Part shown: in pieces, positions 35,514 to 44,596 of the stretch
How positions within the stretch are numbered: position 1 is the first letter of the stretch
Layout: each line of letters begins with the position of its first letter
Source of the DNA: Candidatus Sericytochromatia bacterium
GTDB lineage: Bacteria > Cyanobacteriota > Sericytochromatia > S15B-MN24 > UBA4093
DNA: 64,000 bases
Reading direction: 5' to 3'
NCBI GenBank assembly: GCA_036676985.1
Contig: JAKFBU010000004.1
Coordinates: forward strand, 32,001 to 96,000
Program-made: the position numbers and the translations under genes
Notes under the pieces: generated by a model
Told to the model about the DNA's origin: nothing
The model's database searches: none
The model's input: the letters and a program-made list of their open reading frames with translations, nothing else

Positions 35514-36368
35514 TTGAAATCGACTGCTGCTACGCTCCTGGCGTCCGTGCTGCTCCTGGCCCTCGCTGCCCCGTCTCCGGCCGAGCAGCCGGTGCTGCGC
35601 GTCGGCATGATCCCCGACGTGAACCCGACCAAGCTCATCCGGGACTCCCGGCCGCTCGTGAGCTACCTCGAGAAGAGGACCGGCGCCAAGGTCGAGCTGA
35701 CGGTCCCCACCAACTACGCGGCCGTCGTCGAGGCGCTCGCCAACGACCAGCTGGATTTCGCGTACCTGGGCGGCTTCACCTTCGTGCAGGCCCACAACCG
35801 CTCGGGTGTCGTGCCGCTGGTTCAGCGCGACACCGACCAGCACTTCCACTCGCTGTTCATCACGCAGACGGCCTCGGAGCTCAAGCGGCTGCAGGACGTC
35901 AAGGGAAAGACGTTCGCGTTCGGCGACGTCAACTCCACCTCGGGCCACCTCATGCCGTCCTACTTCATGCGCAAGCACGGCATCGATCCCAAGAAGGACC
36001 TCAAGGAGGTCGTCTACACGGGCGGCCATGACGCCACGGCCCTGGCCGTCGCCAACGGCAAGGTCGCGGCCGGCGCCATGGACGAGACGGTCTACAAGAA
36101 GCTCATGGACAAGGGGACCCTCACCAAGGACCAGATCCGCGTCTTCTACACCACCCCTGACTTCTTCGACTACGTCTGGGTGGCGCGCAAGGGGCTCGAC
36201 CCCAAGCTCCAGCAGAAGCTCGCGAACGCCTACCTGAGTCTGTCCGAGACGCGCGCCGAGGACAAGGTCCTCCTGGAGCTCCTGCGCGGCAAGAAGTTCG
36301 TCAAGGCCAACGCCAAGGACTATGACCGCCTGGAGCAGGCGGCCCGGGACGCCGGCCTCCTGAAGTGA
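35514..36368 (+). CDS. phnD: PhnD-family ABC substrate-binding protein (putative selenate-type subfamily)
   Basis: IPD..PT.L, NYAAVVEAL, GGFTFVQA, PLVQR, STSGHLMP, GGHDAT, TTPDFFDYVW. Confidence 0.85.
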   Translation: MKSTAATLLASVLLLALAAPSPAEQPVLRVGMIPDVNPTKLIRDSRPLVSYLEKRTGAKVELTVPTNYAAVVEALANDQLDFAYLGGFTFVQAHNRSGVVPLVQRDTDQHFHSLFITQTASELKRLQDVKGKTFAFGDVNSTSGHLMPSYFMRKHGIDPKKDLKEVVYTGGHDATALAVANGKVAAGAMDETVYKKLMDKGTLTKDQIRVFYTTPDFFDYVWVARKGLDPKLQQKLANAYLSLSETRAEDKVLLELLRGKKFVKANAKDYDRLEQAARDAGLLK

Positions 36369-37177
36369 TCCGCTACGACCTCCGGAACGTCGAACGACGC
36401 TATCGAGGGCCCGCCGGCGAGCCGGTGTCAGCCCTCGACGGCGTATCCCTGAGCATCCGGGCGGGCGATCGCGTGGCCCTCGTCGGGCCGAGCGGCTCGG
36501 GCAAGAGCACGTTCCTGCGCCTGTTGAACGGCACGCTCTTCGCAACGGCCGGGACGGTCTCGTACGACGGCTGGGAGGTCTCGGCCCAGGACGCGCGCCG
36601 GCTCAAGGCCATGCGCCGGGAGATCGGGGCGGTCCACCAGCACCTGGGCCTGGTACCGCCCCTGCCCGCCTACGAGAACGTGCTCGCGGGCCGGCTCGGT
36701 GAATGGCCGGTCTGGAAGGCCCTCCTCACGCGCCTCGTGCCCCCACGCGCGGACGTCGCGCGCGCCCGCGCGATCCTCGCGGAGGTGGGGCTCGGGGACA
36801 AGTGGCAGACGGTGACCCGGGCGCTGAGCGGCGGCGAGCAGCAGCGGGTGGCGATCGCCCGCCTCCTGATGCAGGATCCGGCGATCATGCTCCTGGACGA
36901 GCCGGTCTCGGCCCTGGACCCGGGGCTCTCCGAGGAGATCGTGCGCCGCCTCGTCGAGGTGCAGGCGCGGACCGGCAAGACGCTCGTGGCCTCCATGCAC
37001 GACGTGGTGCTCGCCCGCAAGCACTTCTCGCGCCTGGTGGGCCTCAAGCAGGGTCGCCTGCTCTTCGACCTCCCGACCGAGGAGGTCACCGAGGCCATGC
37101 TGCGTCAGCTCTACGAGGGAGCGGACCCGGAAGAGGCCGCGGGGGCCCTCGCGGGGATCGGCCATGGCCAACGCTAG
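36365..37177 (+). CDS. phnC: PhnC-like ABC ATPase
   Basis: [39 protein letters not shown]. Confidence 0.85.
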   Translation: MIRYDLRNVERRYRGPAGEPVSALDGVSLSIRAGDRVALVGPSGSGKSTFLRLLNGTLFATAGTVSYDGWEVSAQDARRLKAMRREIGAVHQHLGLVPPLPAYENVLAGRLGEWPVWKALLTRLVPPRADVARARAILAEVGLGDKWQTVTRALSGGEQQRVAIARLLMQDPAIMLLDEPVSALDPGLSEEIVRRLVEVQARTGKTLVASMHDVVLARKHFSRLVGLKQGRLLFDLPTEEVTEAMLRQLYEGADPEEAAGALAGIGHGQR

Positions 37178-38780
37178 GCGCTGGCTCTGGCTGGTGGCGC
37201 TCGTCACCCTGGGCTGGGCCTTCCACACGGTCGGGGCCACGGGCGAGGCCCTCGTCACGGGCATTCCGGCCATGGGGCGCCTCGTGGGCCAGCTCTTCCC
37301 GCCGGACGTCTCGCCCGAGTTCCTCTCCATGCTCGGTAGGCCGGTGTTCGAGACGCTCATGCTCTCGGTGCTCGGCATGGGGCTCGCGACGATCGTCGGC
37401 GTCCCGCTCGCCCTCATGGGCACCCAGACACTGTGGGGCGGCACCCGGGCGCTGGAGGAGGCGCGATCGCCCCTCGGCGCCTTCCTGTACCATGCCGCCC
37501 GCCGGACGCTGGACGTGTTCAGGGCGGTGCCCGATCTGGCCTGGGCGCTCCTGTTCGTGGCGGCGGTGGGGCTCGGCTCCCTGCCGGCCCTGATCGCCCT
37601 CGGCATCTCCTACGCGGGCATGCTCGGCAAGGGCGTCTCCGAGATCCTGGAGGGCGTCGACCCGACGCCTGCCGCGGCCCTGCGGGGCTCGGGCGCCGGA
37701 CGCCTCGGCGCCATGGTCTGGGCGGTGGTGCCCCAGGCATGGTCCCAGATCGTGGCCTACACCTTCTACTGCTGGGAGTGCAGCATGCGGGCCTCGGCCC
37801 TGATGGGCTTCGTGGGCGCGGGCGGCATCGGCTACCAGATCGACCTGTCCATGCGCATGTTCGAGTTCCGGCAGGTCTCGACGCTCATCGCCGCGCTCCT
37901 CCTCTTGATCGGCCTGGTGGACCTCACGAGCCACCTCGTCCGCCGCAGCCTGCTCGGCGAGCCGAGCGTGGGCCGTCGCCGCTTCGGACGCGCCCTGACA
38001 GCCGGGCTCGCGCTCCTCTTCGTGGGGGGGATGGCGAGCATGCAGGGGGCCTGGGGCCAGCTCTTCACGGGCCAGGCCGCCCGGAACCTCGGGCGCTTCA
38101 CGGGGGGCTTCTGGCCCATGGCGACGGGCTCCGAGTACGTCCAGCTCGTCGTCTCGAAGCTCGCCGAGACGCTCGCCATCTCGGTGGCGGCCACCGCCAT
38201 CGGCGCGCTCCTGGCCTTCCTGTTCTGCGTGCCCGCGGCCCGCGCGGAGACGTTCCTGCTCTCGCCCCCGTCCGGCCCCATCGCCGGGCTCCTGCGCACG
38301 GGCTTCGTCGCGAGCCGGGCGGTATTGAACCTCCTGCGCTCGGTGCCCGAGGTCCTGTGGGCACTCCTGCTCATCGTGGCCGTGGGACTCGGTCCCTTCG
38401 CGGGGGCGCTCGCCCTCAGCCTGCACACGGGCGGGGTGCTCGGCAAGCTCTATGCCGAGGCCCTCGAGGAGGCCGACTACACCCCCGTGCATGCCCTGCT
38501 CGGCATGGGCGCGCCCGTGGCGAGCGCCATCGCCTACGCGGCCCTGCCGGTCGCCCTGCCCACCCTGCTCGCCTTCACGCTCCTGCGCTGGGAGGTCAAC
38601 CTCCGGGTGGCCACCATCCTCGGCTTCGTGGGCGGCGGCGGCCTCGGCCAGGAGCTCTGGAACCAGATCCAGCTCGGCTTCTACGACCGGGTGGCTACCA
38701 TCCTCGTGGTCATCTTCGCCGTCGTGCTGCTCGTCGATCAATTGAGCGCCGGGTTGCGGCGATCGCTCGCGCGCGTCTAG
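37164..38780 (+). CDS. phnE: PhnE/PtxC-like ABC permease with two fused permease domains
   Basis: Two R(A/S)VP...WALL...VGLG...G.LGK...E..E...GFVG.GG.G units. Confidence 0.85.
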   Translation: MANARRWLWLVALVTLGWAFHTVGATGEALVTGIPAMGRLVGQLFPPDVSPEFLSMLGRPVFETLMLSVLGMGLATIVGVPLALMGTQTLWGGTRALEEARSPLGAFLYHAARRTLDVFRAVPDLAWALLFVAAVGLGSLPALIALGISYAGMLGKGVSEILEGVDPTPAAALRGSGAGRLGAMVWAVVPQAWSQIVAYTFYCWECSMRASALMGFVGAGGIGYQIDLSMRMFEFRQVSTLIAALLLLIGLVDLTSHLVRRSLLGEPSVGRRRFGRALTAGLALLFVGGMASMQGAWGQLFTGQAARNLGRFTGGFWPMATGSEYVQLVVSKLAETLAISVAATAIGALLAFLFCVPAARAETFLLSPPSGPIAGLLRTGFVASRAVLNLLRSVPEVLWALLLIVAVGLGPFAGALALSLHTGGVLGKLYAEALEEADYTPVHALLGMGAPVASAIAYAALPVALPTLLAFTLLRWEVNLRVATILGFVGGGGLGQELWNQIQLGFYDRVATILVVIFAVVLLVDQLSAGLRRSLARV

Positions 38781-38962
38781 CCGACCGCTGGCACCTCTCA
38801 ACTTCCACTAGCCCGACACCCAGGCCAACGCCGGGAGCCCGGATCGGCGCTCGGGGCGCATGCCCTGGAGCCCGGCTTGCGCCGAGGTGACGGCCGGCAC
38901 GCCCCCTGAAGCCCGACCCTACCTCCTCCGGCTCCCGCGTCCCGTGTATGACATTCAGCCGA

Positions 38963-38991
38963 GTGACACGTAAACGTTTGTGTGCTAATGT
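38963..38991 (+). promoter_or_regulatory. Promoter of preA with a LacI/PurR-like operator in the spacer
   Basis: GTGACA-N17-TAATGT; ACGTAAACGTTTGTGT (38968-38983) resembles the PurR box ACGCAAACGTTTGCGT. Confidence 0.6.
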
Positions 38992-39033
38992 GAACTCTTC
39001 CTAAGCAAGCATCCCTTGAGTGAGGAGGATCGG

Positions 39034-40323
39034 ATGTCCCTAGCCATCGAGTTCGCCGGCGTCAAGTTCCAGAACCCGTTCACGCTCGCCTCTGCCCCTC
39101 CCACGACCACCGGGGAGATGATCATGCGGGCCTACGAGGCCGGCTGGGGCGGGGCCATCATCAAGACGGCCGGTCCGGCGCACGAGCGGATCGACAACGT
39201 CAGCCCGCGCTTCGCGGCGCTCAACGTCGGCAACCGCCGCATGTTCGGCTTCGAGAACATCGAGCTCATCAGCGATCGCCCGCTCGAGGTCTGGCTGGAG
39301 GAGTGCCGCCGGATCAAGGACCAGTACCCCGAGCACGTCCTCATCGGCTCCATCATGGCCGCGGGCGGCTCCGAGGCCGACTGGAAGGAGCTCACGCGCC
39401 TCTTCCAGGACGCGGGCTGCGACATGATCGAGTGCAACCTCGGCTGTCCGCACGGCATGCCCGAACGCGGCATGGGCTCGGTCTGCAGTCAGAACCCCGA
39501 GGTCACGGGCAACATCACCCGCTGGGTGACCGAGGTCGCCCGGGTGCCCATGATCATCAAGCTCTCGCCCAACGTCACCGACATCACGGTGCCCGCCCGG
39601 GCGGCCGTCACCAACGGCGCGCACGCCGTCTCGGCCATCAACACCCTCAACGTGCTCATGGGCGTCGACATCGAGGACTTCAGCGTCAGCCCCTCGGTCA
39701 AGGGCCGCACCACCTACGGCGGCTACTCGGGCGTGGCGGTCAAGCCCATCGCCCTCAAGGCCGTCTCGGACATCGCCCGCAAGTTCCCCGGCTTCCCCGT
39801 CTCGGCCACCGGCGGCATCGCCACCTGGAAGGACGCCGTCGAGTTCCTCGCGGTGGGCGCCACCAACCTCCAGGTCTGCACCGAGGTCATGCTGCGCGGC
39901 TTCGGCATCGTCAAGGAGCTCAACAAGGGCCTTGAGGAGTACATGGAGCGCAAGGGCTTCAACTCCCTGCAGGAGATCGTGGGCCTGGCGCTTCCGAACG
40001 TCACGGACCACTCCAAGCTCGACTTCCAGTACCGCCCCAAGGCCGTCATCGACCAGGCCCGCTGCATCAAGTGCGACAAGTGCTACACCGCCTGCAACGA
40101 TGCGGCTTATCAGGCGATCGCCCTGCCGCATGCCTTCGGCACCCCCATCAAGGAGCGCGGCGTGCCCGAGGTCCACCTGGACCTCTGCACCGGCTGCTCG
40201 CTCTGCTCGCACGTCTGCCCGGTGGACTGCATCGACATCGTCGAGGTGGCCGGCGCCCCGCGCGAGGTCTCGCACTACAAGGAAATGACCGTCCCCGCGT
40301 CCAACCCCTCGGTTCGCGTCTAG
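39034..40323 (+). CDS. preA: Dihydropyrimidine dehydrogenase subunit PreA
   Basis: NPFTLASAPPT, NIELISDR, N.GCPHGMPERGMG, KLSPNVTDI, GGYSG.AVKPIAL; two C-terminal 4Fe-4S motifs. Confidence 0.93.
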   Translation: MSLAIEFAGVKFQNPFTLASAPPTTTGEMIMRAYEAGWGGAIIKTAGPAHERIDNVSPRFAALNVGNRRMFGFENIELISDRPLEVWLEECRRIKDQYPEHVLIGSIMAAGGSEADWKELTRLFQDAGCDMIECNLGCPHGMPERGMGSVCSQNPEVTGNITRWVTEVARVPMIIKLSPNVTDITVPARAAVTNGAHAVSAINTLNVLMGVDIEDFSVSPSVKGRTTYGGYSGVAVKPIALKAVSDIARKFPGFPVSATGGIATWKDAVEFLAVGATNLQVCTEVMLRGFGIVKELNKGLEEYMERKGFNSLQEIVGLALPNVTDHSKLDFQYRPKAVIDQARCIKCDKCYTACNDAAYQAIALPHAFGTPIKERGVPEVHLDLCTGCSLCSHVCPVDCIDIVEVAGAPREVSHYKEMTVPASNPSVRV

Positions 40324-40332
40324 GAGAGCCCC

Positions 40333-41649
40333 ATGAAGAAACTCATGACCTCGCAGGAAGTCCTCGCCAAGCGCTCGCAGTACATGGCCCCCACGGCCAA
40401 GCACTGGTACACCAACCCCCCGCACTTCGTCTCGGGCAACATGCAGCACCTCTTCGACGAGACGGGCAAGGAGTACCTGGATCTCTTCGCCGGCATCTGC
40501 ACCGTCAGCGTCGGCCACAGCAACCCCTCGGTCACCGAGCGCGTGGTGCAGCAGGCCCAAACGCTCCAGCACACCTCGACGGTCTTCCTGAGCCAGGGCA
40601 TCGTCGAGCTCGCCGAGCGGCTCGCCAAGATCACCCCGGGCCGCCTCCAGAAGAGCTTCCTCACCAACTCGGGCACCGAGGCCAACGAGGCCGCCATCCT
40701 CATGGCCAAGAACCACACGGGCCGCACCGAGATCATCGCGCTGCGCCATTCCTACCACGGCCGCAGCTACCTGGCGGGCTCCCTGACGGCTCAGAGCGCC
40801 TACCGGGTGGACCTCACGCCGGTGCCGGGCATCTCCTTCGCGCCCAACCCCTACTGCTACCGCTGCCCCTTCGGCAAGGAGCCGGGTTCGTGCGCGATGG
40901 AGTGCACCAAGGCCCTGGAGGACGTCATCCAGACCCAGACCTCGGGCGCTCCGGCGGTCATGATCGCCGAGCCCATCCAGGGCGTGGGCGGCATCATCAC
41001 GCCTCCCAAGGACTACTTCCCCGAGGTCAAGCGGATTCTCGAGAAGTACGGCATCCTGTTCATCGCCGACGAGGTCCAGACGGGCTTCGGCCGCACGGGC
41101 GGCAAGTGGTTCGGCATCGAGCAGTGGGGCGTCGAGCCGGATCTCATGACCATGGCCAAGGGCATCGCCAACGGCTATCCGGCGGGTGCGGCGATCGCCC
41201 GGGCCGAGGTCGCCGACAGCCTGCAGCGCGGCACGATCAACACCTTCGGCGGCAACCCCATCTCCAGCGAGGCGGCCTTGGCCACCATCGACTACCTGGA
41301 GGAGCACCGGCTCCTGGACAACGCCACCCAGGTCGGCGGCTACTTCAAGGACCGCCTGATGGAGCTGGCCGAGACCTACCCGGTGATCGGCGAGGTGCGC
41401 GGCATGGGCCTCATGCTCGGCGTGGAGCTCGTCAAGGACAAGAAGACCAAGGAGCCCGCGCCCGACTTCGCCAACCAGGTGATGGACATGACCCAGGAGG
41501 CGGGTGTCGTCATCGGCAAGGGCGGCATCCACGGCAACACGCTGCGGATCCAGCCGCCGATGGTCGTCACCAAGCAGGACGTGGACCGCGGGATCACGGC
41601 CCTCAAGGGCGCCCTCGAGGGGATCTCGAAGACCGTCGCTCGGGCATAG
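40333..41649 (+). CDS. Class III PLP aminotransferase (AGXT2 / beta-alanine type)
   Basis: [47 protein letters not shown]; co-transcribed with preA. Confidence 0.88.
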   Translation: MKKLMTSQEVLAKRSQYMAPTAKHWYTNPPHFVSGNMQHLFDETGKEYLDLFAGICTVSVGHSNPSVTERVVQQAQTLQHTSTVFLSQGIVELAERLAKITPGRLQKSFLTNSGTEANEAAILMAKNHTGRTEIIALRHSYHGRSYLAGSLTAQSAYRVDLTPVPGISFAPNPYCYRCPFGKEPGSCAMECTKALEDVIQTQTSGAPAVMIAEPIQGVGGIITPPKDYFPEVKRILEKYGILFIADEVQTGFGRTGGKWFGIEQWGVEPDLMTMAKGIANGYPAGAAIARAEVADSLQRGTINTFGGNPISSEAALATIDYLEEHRLLDNATQVGGYFKDRLMELAETYPVIGEVRGMGLMLGVELVKDKKTKEPAPDFANQVMDMTQEAGVVIGKGGIHGNTLRIQPPMVVTKQDVDRGITALKGALEGISKTVARA

Positions 41650-41662
41650 GCGACTTAAACTC

Positions 41663-41694
41663 AAGCGGCGGGAGGGCGACCTCCCGCCGCTTTT
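41663..41694 (+). terminator. Intrinsic terminator
   Basis: AAGCGGCGGGAGG-GCGA-CCTCCCGCCGCTT-TT. Confidence 0.8.
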
Positions 41695-41740
41695 GTATGG
41701 CTGTCAGATTGGTAGCCTGCCCTGGACATGACGTCTGCGC

Positions 41741-41834
41741 TCCCGTCATTCTCGCGAAAGCGGGGTCACCCTCGCGAAGGCGGGGGCCACCGTATACGCA
41801 GCTTTGGACCCCCGCTTTCGCGAGGGTGACGGGA
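41741..41834. repeat. REP-like element, family C (GTCA..CGCGAAAGCGGG type)
   Basis: TCCCGTCATTCTCGCGAAAGCGGGG plus GTCACCCTCGCGAAGGCGGGGGCCA, then inverted TGGACCCCCGCTTTCGCGAGGGTGACGGGA. Confidence 0.8.
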
Positions 41835-41864
41835 TCGCTGGTTCAGGTTGAGTGTCTGGTGCTC

Positions 41865-42356
41865 TTACAGGCAGACCAGGCCCGTCAGGGCGAAGGAGCG
41901 GCGGTAGTCGCCGTGCTGCTCGACCCACTTGGCCAGGCCGATCTCCCATGCGTACCACTCGACGAGGAAGAGGCCCTCGTCATGGCGGTGCTCGACCCGG
42001 TAGCAGTCGCGCAACCGGCCCGCGGGCGTATCGATCTCCTCGGGGCCCTTGACGTCGCAGGTCACCGTGCCGAGGTCCGAGTCCTCGTAGGTCCAGTGGG
42101 CGCCGTTGCGCAGGGGGAACTTCAACAGGGGAGACTCGAGGCACTCCGAGCGGAAGAGCGCCTTGCGGCTGACGACGAAGCTCTCCTCGCCGGCGCCGCT
42201 CGCGAAGCTCACCACGCCCCCGACGGGCGTCAGCCGGATCCGGTCGATCGCATAGACCACCGTCTCGCCGGTCAGCTGATCGGCGTACAGCCATTCGTAG
42301 CCCGCCACGAGCGGGTAGTAGGGATCCAGCGGGATCCGCTTGATGGCTTGCTTCAT
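41865..42356 (-). CDS. Hypothetical protein (beta-sheet fold, DUF3108-like)
   Basis: YYPL..G..W.Y ... LKFPL..G..W ... E.IDTPAG...DCYRV ... EWYA..IGL.K pattern. Confidence 0.65.
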   Translation of the reverse strand: MKQAIKRIPLDPYYPLVAGYEWLYADQLTGETVVYAIDRIRLTPVGGVVSFASGAGEESFVVSRKALFRSECLESPLLKFPLRNGAHWTYEDSDLGTVTCDVKGPEEIDTPAGRLRDCYRVEHRHDEGLFLVEWYAWEIGLAKWVEQHGDYRRSFALTGLVCL

Positions 42357-42559
42357 GGGCCACCGTCCTCGGCGCGAGGGGCTCACCAAGCCCTACATAC
42401 CCATGAGTCGCAAGGCCTGAAACCCAGGCGATCACACGCCCTCGGGGCGTTCGCCGCGTCAGGCGAGCAAGGTCTTGATTTAGGAAGCTTAATGAAGCAA
42501 TATGATGGCTTGCTTGCAGGAGGCCGGAGGCGAGTCCGGCCCGGAAGAGGAGGCCCGGG

Positions 42560-43090
42560 GTGCGCCTGATCCCGCGAACCACCACCGCCGTCATCGTGCT
42601 GGGCATCGTCATCGGCCTGGCAGTCGGCCTGGGCACCCACACCTTCCTCTACGCCAAGGGATGGGCCTACCTCACCAACAACCCCCAGGCCTGCGCCGAG
42701 TGCCACATCATGGGCGACCACTACAACGCCTGGCTCAAGTCCAGCCATCATGCCGTGGCCACTTGCAACGACTGCCACACCCCGCACGGCCTCATCCCCA
42801 AGTACGCCTCCAAGGCCTACAACGGCTTCTTCCACAGCCTGGCCTTCACCACCGGCGACTTTCCGGACCCCCTGCAGATCAAGCCCATCAACCGCAAGCT
42901 CACCGAGCATGCCTGCGTCGAGTGCCACGAAGGCCTCGTCGAGAGCATCGGCGGCCATCCGGAGGGCCTGATCGCGACCGTCACGGGCCCGACTCCCGGG
43001 GCCTCCAAGGACAAAGTCTCGTGTATCCGCTGCCACTTCGACGTCGGACACCCCATGCTGGAGTCCGCCGCCGGCTATGACGTGAGGTGA
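42560..43090 (+). CDS. nrfH: Cytochrome c nitrite reductase small subunit
   Basis: N-terminal transmembrane helix; four heme motifs CAECH, CNDCH, CVECH, CIRCH; W.KSSH. Confidence 0.92.
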   Translation: MRLIPRTTTAVIVLGIVIGLAVGLGTHTFLYAKGWAYLTNNPQACAECHIMGDHYNAWLKSSHHAVATCNDCHTPHGLIPKYASKAYNGFFHSLAFTTGDFPDPLQIKPINRKLTEHACVECHEGLVESIGGHPEGLIATVTGPTPGASKDKVSCIRCHFDVGHPMLESAAGYDVR

Positions 43091-43092
43091 CC

Positions 43093-44529
43093 ATGAACCA
43101 ACCCTCTCCTCCTCCGGGCGATCGCCCCCGCCGCTCCCGTCGCTTCGTGCTGTCGGTCATGGGCCTCACCCTCCTCACGGCGGTGGTGACAGCAGGCGTC
43201 ATGGCGCTCCTGTTCAACATCTTCGAGCGGCGCCAGGAGGCGCGCGCGCCCTTTCAGCGGGTCGTGGAGATCACCAGCGAGACCGAGGACCCGGCGATCT
43301 GGGGGAAGAACTTCCCGCACCAGTACGACGACTATCTCAAGACCGTGGACCAGGTGCGCACGCGCTACGGCGGCAGCGAGGGCGTGCCGCACTCGCCCAC
43401 CAAGGCCGATCCCCGGACGGTCGTGGCCCAGTCGCGCCTCGAGGAGGACCCGCGCCTCAAGACCATGTGGGCAGGCTATGCCTTCGCCGAGGACTTCCGC
43501 GAGGAGCGCGGCCATGCCCACATGCTGAGCGATCAGGTCTTCACGAAGCGCCAGGTCGTCGCCAAGCAGCCGGGCACCTGTATCCACTGCCACGCCTCCA
43601 TCGTCGTGCCCTACACCAAGGCCGGCGACGGTGACCTCTTGAAGGGCTTCGAGAAGGTCAACCAGATGCCCTACGCGGACGCCCGCAAGCTCGTGAAGCA
43701 CCCGGTCTCGTGCATCGATTGCCACGATCCAGGCACCATGCAGCTGCGCGTCACGCGGCCGGGCTTCATGGAAGGCATCAAGGTCCTCAAGGCCTCGCAG
43801 GGCGTCCAGAACTACGACGTGAACAAGATGGCCACCCGCCAGGAGATGCGCACGTTCGTCTGCGGCCAGTGCCACGTGGAGTACTACTTCCGCAAGTCCG
43901 ACAAGCGCCTCATCTACCCCTGGGAGAAGGGGGTCAAGGTCGATCAGATCATGGCCTACTACGACGAGAAGAAGCACTACGACTGGAAGCACGCCAAGAC
44001 CGGCGCAGAGGTGCTCAAGGCCCAGCACCCCGAGTTCGAGATGTACAACCAGGGCGTGCACGCCCGGGCCGGGGTCGCGTGCGCGGACTGTCACATGCCC
44101 TACAAGCGCGAGGGCGCCATGAAGATCAGCGACCACCACGTCAGCAGCCCGCTCCTGAAGATCAACCGCTCGTGCCAGACCTGCCACCACTGGCCCGAAG
44201 AGGAGCTGAAGGAGCGGGTCGAGACGCTGCAGAACCGTACCTTCGAGATGCGCAACCGGGCGATGGACTCCCTGGTGGCGCTCATCGGGGACATCGAGAC
44301 GGCGAGCGCCTCGGGAGCGACGGACACGCAGCTCGCGGGTGCGCGCGAGATGCAGCGCAAGGGCCAGTTCTACCTGGACTTCGTGGAGGCCGAGAACTCC
44401 ATGGGCTTCCACGCGCCGGAGGAGGCCCTGCGCATCCTGGGCGAGTCGATCGACTACACCCGCCAGGGGCAGCTGAAGCTGCGGGATGCCGGTGTGAAGG
44501 TGCAGAAGACGGCGGCCACGGTTCCCTAG
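43093..44529 (+). CDS. nrfA: Ammonia-forming cytochrome c nitrite reductase (CXXCH heme-1 variant)
   Basis: WAGYAF..DF.E.RGH, CIHCH, CIDCH, CGQCHVEY, KAQHPEFE, CADCHMP, CQTCH, ENSMGFHAP. Confidence 0.93.
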   Translation: MNQPSPPPGDRPRRSRRFVLSVMGLTLLTAVVTAGVMALLFNIFERRQEARAPFQRVVEITSETEDPAIWGKNFPHQYDDYLKTVDQVRTRYGGSEGVPHSPTKADPRTVVAQSRLEEDPRLKTMWAGYAFAEDFREERGHAHMLSDQVFTKRQVVAKQPGTCIHCHASIVVPYTKAGDGDLLKGFEKVNQMPYADARKLVKHPVSCIDCHDPGTMQLRVTRPGFMEGIKVLKASQGVQNYDVNKMATRQEMRTFVCGQCHVEYYFRKSDKRLIYPWEKGVKVDQIMAYYDEKKHYDWKHAKTGAEVLKAQHPEFEMYNQGVHARAGVACADCHMPYKREGAMKISDHHVSSPLLKINRSCQTCHHWPEEELKERVETLQNRTFEMRNRAMDSLVALIGDIETASASGATDTQLAGAREMQRKGQFYLDFVEAENSMGFHAPEEALRILGESIDYTRQGQLKLRDAGVKVQKTAATVP

Positions 44530-44552
44530 CCGTCGGACTCCAGCCAAGACGA

Positions 44553-44584
44553 AAGCGGGCGGTCGCCGAAGCGACCGCCCGCTT
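44553..44584. terminator. Bidirectional terminator between nrfA and hydA
   Basis: AAGCGGGCGGTCGC-CGAA-GCGACCGCCCGCTT. Confidence 0.7.
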
Positions 44585-44596
44585 GTGATGCCAGGC

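Noticed and set aside
42470-42505. FNR/CRP box upstream of nrfH
   Set aside because: Only a TTGAT half-site is present; the ATCAA half is absent.
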